Assembly (NCBI GenBank): GCA_965644295.1
Contig: CBFFRP010000109.1
Location: 83,314 to 147,313 of the forward strand
DNA length: 64,000 nt
Reading direction: 5' to 3'
Source of the DNA: Paraphysomonas bandaiensis
Lineage: Eukaryota > Protista > Chrysophyceae
The translations under genes and the position numbers were made by a program. Under the pieces are notes generated by a model. The model saw nothing but the letters and a program-made list of their open reading frames with translations. It did no database searches and was not told where the DNA came from. How positions within the stretch are numbered: the first letter of the stretch is position 1; the number at the start of each line of letters is the position of its first letter. Of the stretch, positions 1 through 10,400 are shown piece after piece.

Positions 1-487
1 AGGGCACCTCAAAAGTAAAATGCCTTACCTATGGGGGTTCGAGTCTACTCAAAAGAAACTTCTAAATAATCTAGAAGAAGTGTACAGGGAAGTCAGACAC
101 ATGTATAACCTTCCCGAAGGTGATTTCCCCCCTGTGGCTGAATTCAGGGCTGAGCTGCAGAGTCATAATTTCTCGAAATTTCCAAAGTGCGATCGCGACA
201 CTTTGAATAAGCTCAAAGAGATGTTGAGTACGGATATACCCGTCATATTCAAGAGTATTGCAGGGGTATCCTCTGGTAAAGCAGCTGCTGACAACGAGGA
301 GGACGGAGAAAACCGGAGTCTTCAGGCAATGATGGATTTCGACTTCAACTCTTCGGAGGGAACAGATACTAAAGCAGTTGTAGTGTTGACTGCTGTTTTG
401 GTGCTGGTGATAGCGATTGCAATAGCTTTCTTTCATGATAATGGTGAGAGTCTACAGCGACTATTTAGCCAGGTGAAGGGAGCGTAA
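1..487 (+). CDS. EHD: 3' end of an EHD-family (dynamin-like ATPase) protein, partial; ends in a hydrophobic helix instead of an EH domain
   Basis: HLKSKMPYLWG..QKKLLNNLEEVY..YNLPEGDFP..HNFSKF matches the EHD helical domain; C-terminal AVVVLTAVLVLVIAIAIAFF. Confidence 0.75.
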   Translation, partial: GHLKSKMPYLWGFESTQKKLLNNLEEVYREVRHMYNLPEGDFPPVAEFRAELQSHNFSKFPKCDRDTLNKLKEMLSTDIPVIFKSIAGVSSGKAAADNEEDGENRSLQAMMDFDFNSSEGTDTKAVVVLTAVLVLVIAIAIAFFHDNGESLQRLFSQVKGA

Positions 488-963
488 GAGAAGCGGTTGT
501 CACTTCCTTGCTTCCAAGTAGAGAATAATTTGAACACCTTCGATAATTTGTAATAATACTGTTTTAGTTTTATCGAGATTGCAGGCATGCATTGGACCTA
601 TATTGGCGTATGCCATATTAATTCCATGTAAATATACAAATATACGTCCTATAGCAAGTCCAGTGTTGGTATATGACATAATCGTAAAGTTGTACGAGTT
701 CGTATGGAGTGCGTAAAAACAGTACAAAATATTAAGGCCCTGTGGGTGTTGCCATCCTACCTTCAATGCCCTGTGTTGCTGCGCCTTTCGGGGGTAAAGT
801 TTCTTTGTATTTGAGCAACTACTTGTATTTAGTTAATATAACCTTTACACCCTAATCGAATGCTATTCATGAACTAAGATTTAGATGAAAAAATCTTATG
901 TTATTCTAATCTTCTTGTTTTTGTACGTTATCATAAAGCCCTCCTTTTTGATATCACAAACAC

Positions 964-1316
964 TGTTGAGTTCTGCAATATGATGTGATATATATTGTGC
1001 AATTGAAGTGAGTTAACAGTGTGCAATTATAGGTAAAGTCAACTCATAGGTGTAACGGGTGATTATAGTTACAAAGGAGGAATTAAATTCAGTTACTGAT
1101 GTGTGACTATACAAGATATAGAACTGACTGATGAACATATGATAAACAGATGTTGCTATAAGAACAGATGTTTCAACATATGTTACACGAATATGTAGTG
1201 AAGTGTTCAGAATAATAATCATAATTTTCTTACTTGAAAGTGCATTGTGTTCAACAGCAAGGTTAAGGCTTACGTGTAGAGCAAAGTTAACTTCAGTGAA
1301 ATGTCAATAGTTAACA
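964..1316 (+). repeat. copia-1 5' LTR
   Basis: Direct repeat of 6080-6432. Confidence 0.96.
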
Positions 1317-4300
1317 TGGTAGCGGATGGTAGTTCTGAAGAGACGAAGGAGGACAACAAGGTGCTGAAGTTCGACAAGTATCAGGCGGAGGCGTCTGCTC
1401 AAAAAATAAGGATTCATCTGATGAAGAAAAATCGGAACCATCTGGGGTTAGAGCCGAAACCTGCTGGAGGAGGCAGAGCACGAGAATTATGGCATGAGCG
1501 AAATGACACGTGTGTTGCAACGATTTGGGAGGCTTGTGAACATGACGCTGATGTATTGGAGGTTGCCAATCAATACATGGAGGCGAAGGCGTTACTTCCA
1601 GATGATGATCCCAATAAGGAAGTTTTGTCCAATGAAATGCTTCAGACGCTGGTGGATAGGTTTAGAGGGGAGTTGGGAAATGTACTCGAGAAGACTACAG
1701 CGGAATACCATAGCTTTAAAATTAGAGCCAATGAAAAGGTCGCTATTGGTATTGATAGGCTGAATGGGATAATTCAGAAGTTAACAAAGTTGGGACAGCC
1801 GCCATCCGAGGAGAGCAAGCTCGCAAAGATCAAAAAGTCCATACATACTCCAGAGCTGAAGGAGTTGTGGTTAGCTATTGCAATGCTGCCTAAAGCAACG
1901 ACCACGTATCAGATAGTTAAAGACGCGTGCGAAGAATTTGATGAGGCTAAACGACAACTGGAGGAGTTCGAAATTGACAAACAAGGAGAACAGGTCAATA
2001 TGCTCGGACCACAAGGAGGTGTGGAGAATGTCAAATGCTCATTCTGTATGAAAAAAGGGCATACTGCAAGTGTGTGTCGTGTCAAACACAAAAATAAAAT
2101 TTTCCAGAAGTTCAAGCGAAATGGGAAGGCTAAAGCAAAGAATATGAGGAAAGGAGCGCAACAAGTGGGTTCAGAAGCATATACAGGGTGTTTTCATTGT
2201 GGTAGCAAAGAACACAAGGCTGCTGAGTGCAAAAGAGGGAACAAGAGGAAGATCGATAGAAAATATGAGAAAAAAGGCTCCAAGAAGGTTAAGAAGAGTT
2301 CATCAGTGGGGTGGTCCAAATATGTAGATGATGACGTTTCATCTGGAGAGGAGACCAACATGATAGGTGGTGAAGTACTTCTGACTGAAACTGGAGATGA
2401 ACGAGTGTACCTGGATAGTTGTGCTGGAAAGCAGTTGTTTATCGTCAAGGATGATAGAGTGCTGGAGAAGTATGTAGAAGAGCCGGGAGTAATATCACTG
2501 ACCAAAAAGGGATCGGCGATGGAGACCCAAGGAGTGGGAAGTTTTCAGCAGTGGCACGGCATCAAAGTATGTAACGATGCAGTGAAGAATATTGTCTCTG
2601 GAGGTATGCTGCGGGCTATGGGGTATGGACTCGAATTACTGAGAGTACCAAAAATCGTAGAATTGAACACTGGCAGAGAGGTGTTGGTTGGAAATTACGA
2701 TGAGCATGGAGGAATGCCATGGGTGGCATTGCATGATGTGTTAAATTTACCTTGCATATCGTCCTGCCATTATGTAATGGGGGGGGGAAGCAGTGAAGTG
2801 ATGCTGTCCGATACAGTTCAGCAGGACCCCCTCGATTTACTGCACGAAAGGGCCGGTCATGTTGCTAAGGGAAAACTACTGGAGGCACATAGACATATGC
2901 TGATCAAGGGAACAGGGCTACAGCGACATCATTTATCTAAGACTACCAAAAAGAAGTGTGAGACCAGTTTGTGCAAGTGGTGTGCTAAGGCGAAGATCAC
3001 TAGACATGCATTTCGAGGACAAAGTGACCAGAATGTGGAGATGAAGGCGACAGCATTCCTGGAGCGTATTACAGTGGACATTTCGGTTTATATGAATTGT
3101 CCATCTGTGGAGGGGTATAAGTACGCACTTGTATTTGTAGATACGGCTACGAAAGAATTCTGGGAATACGGTCTACGAACGAGAACTGGGGATGAAGTGT
3201 TAAAATGCGTGAAGCATCTCTGTGAAGTCAGGCTACCAAAATACCCAGGGTGGAACAGGATACAGCAGTACCATGCTGATGGTGGACCAGAGTTGATGGA
3301 CAGGCGAATCAAAGAATACTTGTTACAAAAATTTGGAACCACATTCTCCTACACTACTAGGGAGACACCAGAATTAAACGGTGTTTCAGAACGGAAATTC
3401 AGGACACTAGGAGAAATGACATTATCGCTTTTATTGTCATCGGGTATGCCAAAAGCGGAGTGGTGGAAAGCCTTTAGACATGCATGCTGGGTTCTTAGAA
3501 GATTACCCACAAAGACCTATAGAGGGTGGATGTCACCCTACGAGTGTGTTCCTGGAGGAACGGTGCCAGATTTTTCTTGGTTACGGAAATGGGGGTGCAA
3601 GGCGTATGTTCTCATCCCGAAGGCAGATCGCAGGAAAGACTGGGAAGAAAAGGCACAGACTGGATACTTTGTAGGGTTCCCAGAGGAGCAAATGGGATAC
3701 CAAGTATTGATTGGAGATACTATAGTTACGTCTGTGCATGTTTTATTCGATGAATCTGTGCCTGAGAGATCGGCGGATTATTATCGAGAAATGGACGAGG
3801 CCATGGTTGCTGTGGATCCTCAGGAACGAAATATTAGAGACTTCGATTACTTAATCGGAAAGACCCATGAAGATGGCGGCCACCTATACAAGACCACACG
3901 AATATTGGTTCGAAAAGGTTTGATTGTAGGGTATAGATCCCTATTGTCTGGTGGTGCGGAGCAAGTGGAAGATAAGACTCCTATTCACATCGCCGATATA
4001 AAGCGGATGAGTGAAGACCTTGCAACAAGAGCATCTGCAAGTTCTGGATCTCGTGACGACGGGACCAGCGGACATTTATCACAGCAGTTGACTGGGACGG
4101 TTCCATCCCCTTCTGACTTCGTAAGTGCTCCGGGAGAGGAAGCTCCATCAGATCGCTCATCAAGGGGCAGGCGTGCAAGGGCTCCAAGGGTGGTGACGAA
4201 TGTGTCAGTTTTGGGTGAGATGCATTTATTGTCGTCATGTGTCGAAGACGAGTGCAGCCTATTACAGGAGGCAGATTCCATCTGGTGCTCGTCAGCGGGA

Positions 4301-5935
4301 CCTAAGGTGCCTCAGACATATTCCGAATCCTTGGAGTTGCCGGAACGGAAGCAATGGAGTTCAGCAAGACAAGCTGAACGTGACGGTTTAGAACGTAGGG
4401 GAGTCATGGAAGTTAAGCCCATCCCTACCGGTGTCACTCCATTGAAATCTAAGTATGTTTTCGCCTTGAAACGCAACAAAGAGGGTGCGATTCAACGATA
4501 TAAGGCAAGACTTGTGGTACTTGGATGCGGAGACCATGAAGGTGGCAGAGCCAACAATTATGCTCCAGTGGTAAAAGCGGTAACAGTGAGATTGCTTTTA
4601 GCAATCGCTTTTGTTATGAATATGGTGGTGCATCAACTCGACGTATCTAATGCATTTTTGTATGCAGATATACAAGGAGATGTGTATATGTATGCTACAC
4701 CAGATTTTAAATTGCCACCAGGACACTGCTTTAAACTGAAGAAAAGTTTATATGGTCTTCGAAGCTCACCACGGTCATGGTATAAATGTCTTAACAAGTT
4801 TATTAAGTCCTTACATTTTATATCATGTATACTTGACCCATGTTTATATTTTACACGGATCAGGGGTGAATTAGTTCTGTTAGTAATATATGTAGATGAT
4901 ATGCTGATAGCATGTCGAGATACGAGTATTATTTTGGAAATTAAGCGACGAGTATGTGAAAGGTTCGATATTACAGATATGAATGAGATTGGCCAGTTTT
5001 TGAACGTGAGAGTGACGAGAACTCAGAATTGTCTCAAACTTGACCAGACAGTGTACATCAAAAAGATATTGGCGAAGTATGTGGATTTTCTGGGTCCAAG
5101 GGACAAGACTCGGCGATACCCACTACCTAGTGATGTCATGGATAGGATCAAAGTGGGAGTGGAACATGTGCATTCGACTGAAGAGCAGGAATTAGTTGAC
5201 AATTTTCCCTATCGTCCACTAATAGGAGCGTTACTCTATTTATCTATGAATACAAGGCCGGATATATCATATGCAGTGGGAGTATTGTCACGATTCTCAA
5301 CGAAAGTGAATATCACTGTATGTAAACTAATGATACATTTAATGCAGTATGTACGAGGTACTACGGAAAAAGGCATTCAATATAGAGGGAAAGATTTTGA
5401 TCTTCATATGTTCACGGATGCTGACTGGGCGGGTGACCCGTTGACGAGGAGATCAACTTCAGGTTATGTTATGTTTGGAGCTGGTGGACCACTATCGTGG
5501 GGTTCCAAACTTCAGTCTACTGTAGCTACATCGACTATGCAAGCAGAGTATCAATGCTTATATAATGGATTACAGGAAATGATATGGTCTCGGGGGGTGA
5601 CTGGTGAAGTAGGATTGAAAATTGACGAGCCCACACCATTATTCCTGGATAGTCAAAGTGCTCAGGATATATCGGAAAATCCAGTGCAACATCAACGATC
5701 GAAACATATTGAGATTAAGTATCATATGATTAGAGAGCATGTGGATCCCGAACAGTTTAATACAGCGAAATTAATTCATGTGAGCAGTCGACAACAGATG
5801 GCTGATATATATACCAAGGCTTTGAGTGGTCCAATATTCATTGAACAGAGGGAGCGAAATCTTGGGGAAAAATTTAAGACTACTGCACAAATTATCGCAG
5901 AGGTACCCAAGGTAAAGAGAGTTCGTCGTAACTAG
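1301..5935 (+). CDS. copia Gag-Pol polyprotein (Gag with two CCHC knuckles, PR, IN, RT, RNase H), 1544 aa
   Basis: CSFC..H..C and CFHC..H..C; YLDSCA; LHERAGH/CKWC; VDI..HADGG..NGVSERK; YKARLV, QLDVSNAFL, LYGLRSSPR, YVDDML; DADWAG, RSKHIEIKYH, ADIYTK in copia order. Confidence 0.97.
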   Translation: MSIVNMVADGSSEETKEDNKVLKFDKYQAEASAQKIRIHLMKKNRNHLGLEPKPAGGGRARELWHERNDTCVATIWEACEHDADVLEVANQYMEAKALLPDDDPNKEVLSNEMLQTLVDRFRGELGNVLEKTTAEYHSFKIRANEKVAIGIDRLNGIIQKLTKLGQPPSEESKLAKIKKSIHTPELKELWLAIAMLPKATTTYQIVKDACEEFDEAKRQLEEFEIDKQGEQVNMLGPQGGVENVKCSFCMKKGHTASVCRVKHKNKIFQKFKRNGKAKAKNMRKGAQQVGSEAYTGCFHCGSKEHKAAECKRGNKRKIDRKYEKKGSKKVKKSSSVGWSKYVDDDVSSGEETNMIGGEVLLTETGDERVYLDSCAGKQLFIVKDDRVLEKYVEEPGVISLTKKGSAMETQGVGSFQQWHGIKVCNDAVKNIVSGGMLRAMGYGLELLRVPKIVELNTGREVLVGNYDEHGGMPWVALHDVLNLPCISSCHYVMGGGSSEVMLSDTVQQDPLDLLHERAGHVAKGKLLEAHRHMLIKGTGLQRHHLSKTTKKKCETSLCKWCAKAKITRHAFRGQSDQNVEMKATAFLERITVDISVYMNCPSVEGYKYALVFVDTATKEFWEYGLRTRTGDEVLKCVKHLCEVRLPKYPGWNRIQQYHADGGPELMDRRIKEYLLQKFGTTFSYTTRETPELNGVSERKFRTLGEMTLSLLLSSGMPKAEWWKAFRHACWVLRRLPTKTYRGWMSPYECVPGGTVPDFSWLRKWGCKAYVLIPKADRRKDWEEKAQTGYFVGFPEEQMGYQVLIGDTIVTSVHVLFDESVPERSADYYREMDEAMVAVDPQERNIRDFDYLIGKTHEDGGHLYKTTRILVRKGLIVGYRSLLSGGAEQVEDKTPIHIADIKRMSEDLATRASASSGSRDDGTSGHLSQQLTGTVPSPSDFVSAPGEEAPSDRSSRGRRARAPRVVTNVSVLGEMHLLSSCVEDECSLLQEADSIWCSSAGPKVPQTYSESLELPERKQWSSARQAERDGLERRGVMEVKPIPTGVTPLKSKYVFALKRNKEGAIQRYKARLVVLGCGDHEGGRANNYAPVVKAVTVRLLLAIAFVMNMVVHQLDVSNAFLYADIQGDVYMYATPDFKLPPGHCFKLKKSLYGLRSSPRSWYKCLNKFIKSLHFISCILDPCLYFTRIRGELVLLVIYVDDMLIACRDTSIILEIKRRVCERFDITDMNEIGQFLNVRVTRTQNCLKLDQTVYIKKILAKYVDFLGPRDKTRRYPLPSDVMDRIKVGVEHVHSTEEQELVDNFPYRPLIGALLYLSMNTRPDISYAVGVLSRFSTKVNITVCKLMIHLMQYVRGTTEKGIQYRGKDFDLHMFTDADWAGDPLTRRSTSGYVMFGAGGPLSWGSKLQSTVATSTMQAEYQCLYNGLQEMIWSRGVTGEVGLKIDEPTPLFLDSQSAQDISENPVQHQRSKHIEIKYHMIREHVDPEQFNTAKLIHVSSRQQMADIYTKALSGPIFIEQRERNLGEKFKTTAQIIAEVPKVKRVRRN

Positions 5936-6079
5936 ATAGAGGTGAATGAATGGTGGGAGCTAGCTATACCAGCGGAGTCATACGTCCACCAGTGTCCTAT
6001 GAGGTTCGGTGGTTGCGTATCCGATAGCAATGTTCTTCACAAATTTTAGAATGGTTAACTACATCCAATTGAGTGGGAG

Positions 6080-6432
6080 TGTTGAGTTCTGCAATATGAT
6101 GTGATATATATTGTGCAATTGAAGTGAGTTAACAGTGTGCAATTATAGGTAAAGTCAACTCATAGGTGTAACGGGTGATTATAGTTACAAAGGAGGAATT
6201 AAATTCAGTTACTGATGTGTGACTATACAAGATATAGAACTGACTGATGAACATATGATAAACAGATGTTGCTATAAGAACAGATGTTTCAACATATGTT
6301 ACACGAATATGTAGTGAAGTGTTCAGAATAATAATCATAATTTTCTTACTTGAAAGTGCATTGTGTTCAACAGCAAGGTTAAGGCTTACGTGTAGAGCAA
6401 AGTTAACTTCAGTGAAATGTCAATAGTTAACA
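6080..6432 (+). repeat. copia-1 3' LTR
   Basis: Direct repeat of 964-1316. Confidence 0.96.
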
Positions 6433-6659
6433 AACACAACGATGACATAATCATATAATCAGAGCATATATAACATATTCATTTCTTTTATCTTTCATTC
6501 CGCTAATTTTATATTTTCTTCGGTTTATATCTGCATATCTGCCATATTATGATATATATACTATAAAATTTAATAGAGTATTTGTTTGATAGAGTCAACA
6601 TATGCTCCAACCCTACGCTGCGTGTGCTCAATGAAAATAGCCAACGGAAGGGAGCACTT

Positions 6660-6990
6660 TGTTGAGAGGAGCAGAATGTTAATTATTAATTATACAATTA
6701 TACCTGACATCAGCTGACTTCAAGATTTTGGAGTTTTTATGGTGAGCTCACCCTAGATGCTTGACTTCATGAGGCAGCCCAAACTCTCCGCATACCGTTC
6801 AGGTGGACCCATTCCCGGATGCATAATTATATATCAAGGTCCAAGCACATCTACACAAGTGACAGTTATTTGTTTCCCTTGTACTATACTATACACTAGC
6901 ATTTGGCTATGAGTAGAGAGCATTATCTGCCACTTTAAACTTGGGTCACGTTGCCTTCCCAGAAAAATTCTCTCCGGTACTTATCCTTTA
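6660..6990 (-). mobile_element. Degenerate copy (C1) of the ~510-bp non-autonomous retroposon family
   Basis: Co-linear diverged blocks shared with 20236-20744: gcagaatgtt, gatgcttgacttca, ggcagcccaa, ttcaggtgg, ctacacaagtgaca, gcatttggctatgagt, tctccggtact; ends approximate. Confidence 0.75.
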
Positions 6991-7427
6991 GTGCATAAGT
7001 CTGGCTATTTAGAATTGCTTATGTGTTAGTGTTTAGGCTGTTGTTGTACCCTATACGAAGAATTATGACCAGCAAGCAAATGCTAGAAGCTAACACACCA
7101 GTAATGTGTAGCTCGTAATTAATCAAGTTGTAGCGGTACCAAGTGTACTTCTTACAATCAATTTCGTGTTGCTCCAATTAGTTGCTACACAGCCCATATA
7201 TTGAGCACGATGACGGAAAGTAAATTGTTATTACAGGACAATACAGGCAATATGTACTAAATATTTGCATATTGGTGTGAGCTCACAAAAATGTGAGAAA
7301 TAATCATCAACTAAGAGTAAATTCCCTCTAAATATCTACAACATAACATAAGTACTAGCACATACACTTCAGCTTATATCATTGATGCTTGCACATAGCC
7401 TAACATTGATATTGTTTAGGCACCTGT

Positions 7428-10400
7428 CTATGCAGGCGACTTTTTCTTATGTACCAGTCGTTGTGATGGCGGTTTGGGAGTCATGGTTGCCTTAACAACT
7501 GCAGATGATACATACTCCCGTTCAGGTATATCAAGAGCATCTCGTTGATCAATTGATGTAACTGGCATATGAGTCTGTGACACTTCTGGACGAGTGCTGG
7601 ATGTGGAACTATTTCGATTCTTTGGACAATGAGTCTGATTAGCTGTGCCATTGCGACTATGAGACCTAGTGCAATCTTCGTTATTCTGATTTCTTATAGC
7701 TTCATTGGCAATATATATATCACGTAGGGTACGTGGACAATCAGATTGCCCGACTGTCCTAGACGTGATTGTTTTATCACTAGAGCTGATACTAGTTAAT
7801 TTGGACTGAAGTTGGTTAGGAGTGTTCTTGTTCCGACCAATCTTGCTCCTCAGTGAACTTGGCATTCGTATTTCTGTTCCGGTGACGGAAGGGGGAGGAG
7901 GACAAAAGGGAGAAGCACTGACTTCAATACTATTTCCATAATCTGCCCGTGAGCTTGCATCAAAAACAGGAGTCTGCGCACGTGAGCGGCCATGCCCAGT
8001 GTCCATTACATACTCTTGCCAGCCACCTCCTGTGCCAGCCCAGTCCTCAGGAGTTGAATATGAGAAAGCTTTATCAAGCGAGTTCTTGGTATCAGGTGTC
8101 ACTGCAATATTAGGGCCTTCAACAGGAGTACCACTCTTATTCGTGTCTACACGTTTAGGATGGCTGGACTGACTAGGATAAACCGCATGAAAGCGACCAC
8201 GCCATACGTTTCCACGGGTGCATTGTGCTTTTGATGCAACGCCATGCACTAACAGACCATTTCTACCGCTGCTGTCTGAATGATTTGGTTTGCTATCATT
8301 TGAGTAACTGGCATCACTGTTTTCATTATTTTGAGTGGTATGGACAATATCGACGGCAGTTACGGGCCTGATATTGAAATCATCCCCAATCGTTCCAGGG
8401 GTGATGTCGAGATGACCCTTTTCTGATGTATTGCTACTTTCTGTTATAGAATCACCGCCACTCTCGTCTTGATTCGTATCACGTAATCCTTGTAAACTAT
8501 GAACGGTTTGAGATGCTGTACTGGGAGCAGATATCGAATCACGTTTGCTATTATCAGCTGCAAATCGCGTTTTTTGACTATAGCGACTGGCTACTTGACT
8601 GCGTGGGCGAGTGGGAAACAATTTCGATGACGGTTCTTTTTCAGGACAAATAAAACTCGTTTTGGCAAGAACAAGAGGTCTGGAAGATGGTCCTACTGCA
8701 GTCTGTGCGCGTGGAGAAACTTGAGAAGCAAACTTTCGATTAGATTCCTTACACCGTTCTGGCGGAGAAGAATCACGATTGCTTGCATTCGCCGTTTGGG
8801 CCCTCCCGGTAGGTATCCGTAAAACGGCTTTTTTACCCCGACGTGTAGACTTCTTCCTTATTGCCACATTGCTTTGACAAATATCTTTGCAAGTGTAAGG
8901 CACTGAGACCACGTTCTCGTTAGCAGAACTAATTTTCATTTCAGAAATGCCTTCAGCAGTGCTGCTTGTATGATTCTTTTGACTTGAATCTAAAATTCCT
9001 TCATCAGGGTTCGAACGCAGCGTACTGTCCAAGGTTGATGACTCACTGACATTCATATGCTCTCTTTTTTCCACGTTTTCTGCTGCAGTGCTCTCTATCA
9101 TTGTTGTGGAGATCGGTACTTGGTGTGAAACAACATTCATTGTGGAATTTGTCGGATCTATCTTTGTACTAAAGTTATAAACTCCGTTATTTTCATCACG
9201 GTCTTGATCTTCCATCAGATTTATCTTGGCACTGCATCTCGATGGCTCCAGTAGCCTTTTAATAGCTTCACTAATGACATTATTCACAACCTCAGTTACA
9301 CAACTTAAAATGTCAGCTGATCCAACTGTAGTCCACCATGCATCACTTGATTCTGCATTTGTACCACCTATTATTTCACTCCGCATTTCATACAACTCCT
9401 CTTTACTATACATGCCTAAAACTTCATCCATTGCTTCCATCAGGCCAAACGAATTAGCTAGATGGTCACTACTAGTACAGTACTCACTGCCTTCTAATTT
9501 GCCCCCACACCATAATGTGTCGAATTCCCCCATCCCAACATACCCAGTGGCTATTGAAGTATATTCATTTCCCCACAGCTTTCCTCCCGTCCGCACTTGC
9601 GCGGCAGTACTATCAGAAAAAGAACCACCTTGAACTAACTCCTCGGTGTCACCTATACTACTGTCATTCATATCGTTTCCGACATTCGGTATCTTTCGTT
9701 TGTTCCTGCGACGACTTTTCACTTTCTTCTTTTTTCTTTTAAATGTTCTCTTTTTTCGTGAAATCTGCATTAAGTTCCTTTACCTTGGACATAGACATAT
9801 ATGCTCACTTACTGGTAAGCCTTCTGCAGAATATGGTAGTTTTGCGGTGTTCGCAAGATCGATAATATGTGTTTGAAGGGAAACAAGCTTACGTGTAAGT
9901 TTTCGCATCAACCTATCACAACTTTAGAAAAAAAGTGCCGATTAAAAATATATTAAAACCTATTTTGTGCGTGCATTTCATCGTGCGCCAGCTTATCCAT
10001 GAGATTTTTTTCTTTCGGATTCTCCAGTTCCCGTAGTTTCCTTAGTCGTTCCCTTTCTGCAGTACGTCTTCTTTGTAGCTCGTCAGAGAGTGCAATGGCC
10101 TTCGCCATTTTCTTCGACATGTCAGTACTCCGTCGGGCAGAAACTTCAGCTCCCGCAGTAGAACTAATATTGCCATTTCGTGTGTCTGACGTACCGGCCT
10201 CACTTAGAGAATTTAAATCCGCCTCTTGATGTATAAGCTCATTCACAATAGGTTCTCTGTAGATATACATCATGTCATATGAGGACATTAGATGTTTAAA
10301 AACTAACCCTTTTAATTTTTCTACTTCACATTCGTCGTAGATGAACTGGAAACACAATGAATGGAAGCATGACTATAAAACGTAATACTTACAGTTGAAT

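Larger units (their letters stand above)
964..6432 (+). mobile_element. Intact Ty1/copia LTR retrotransposon (copia-1)
   Basis: 353-bp LTRs at 964-1316 and 6080-6432 (TGTT...AACA, identical by eye), TSD AACAC (959-963 / 6433-6437), PBS TGGTAGCGG at 1317, PPT TTGAGTGGGAG before 6080. Confidence 0.97.

Noticed and set aside
1013-1222. Identical 69-aa minus-strand ORFs at 1013-1222 and 6129-6338
   Set aside because: Chance ORF inside the duplicated LTR
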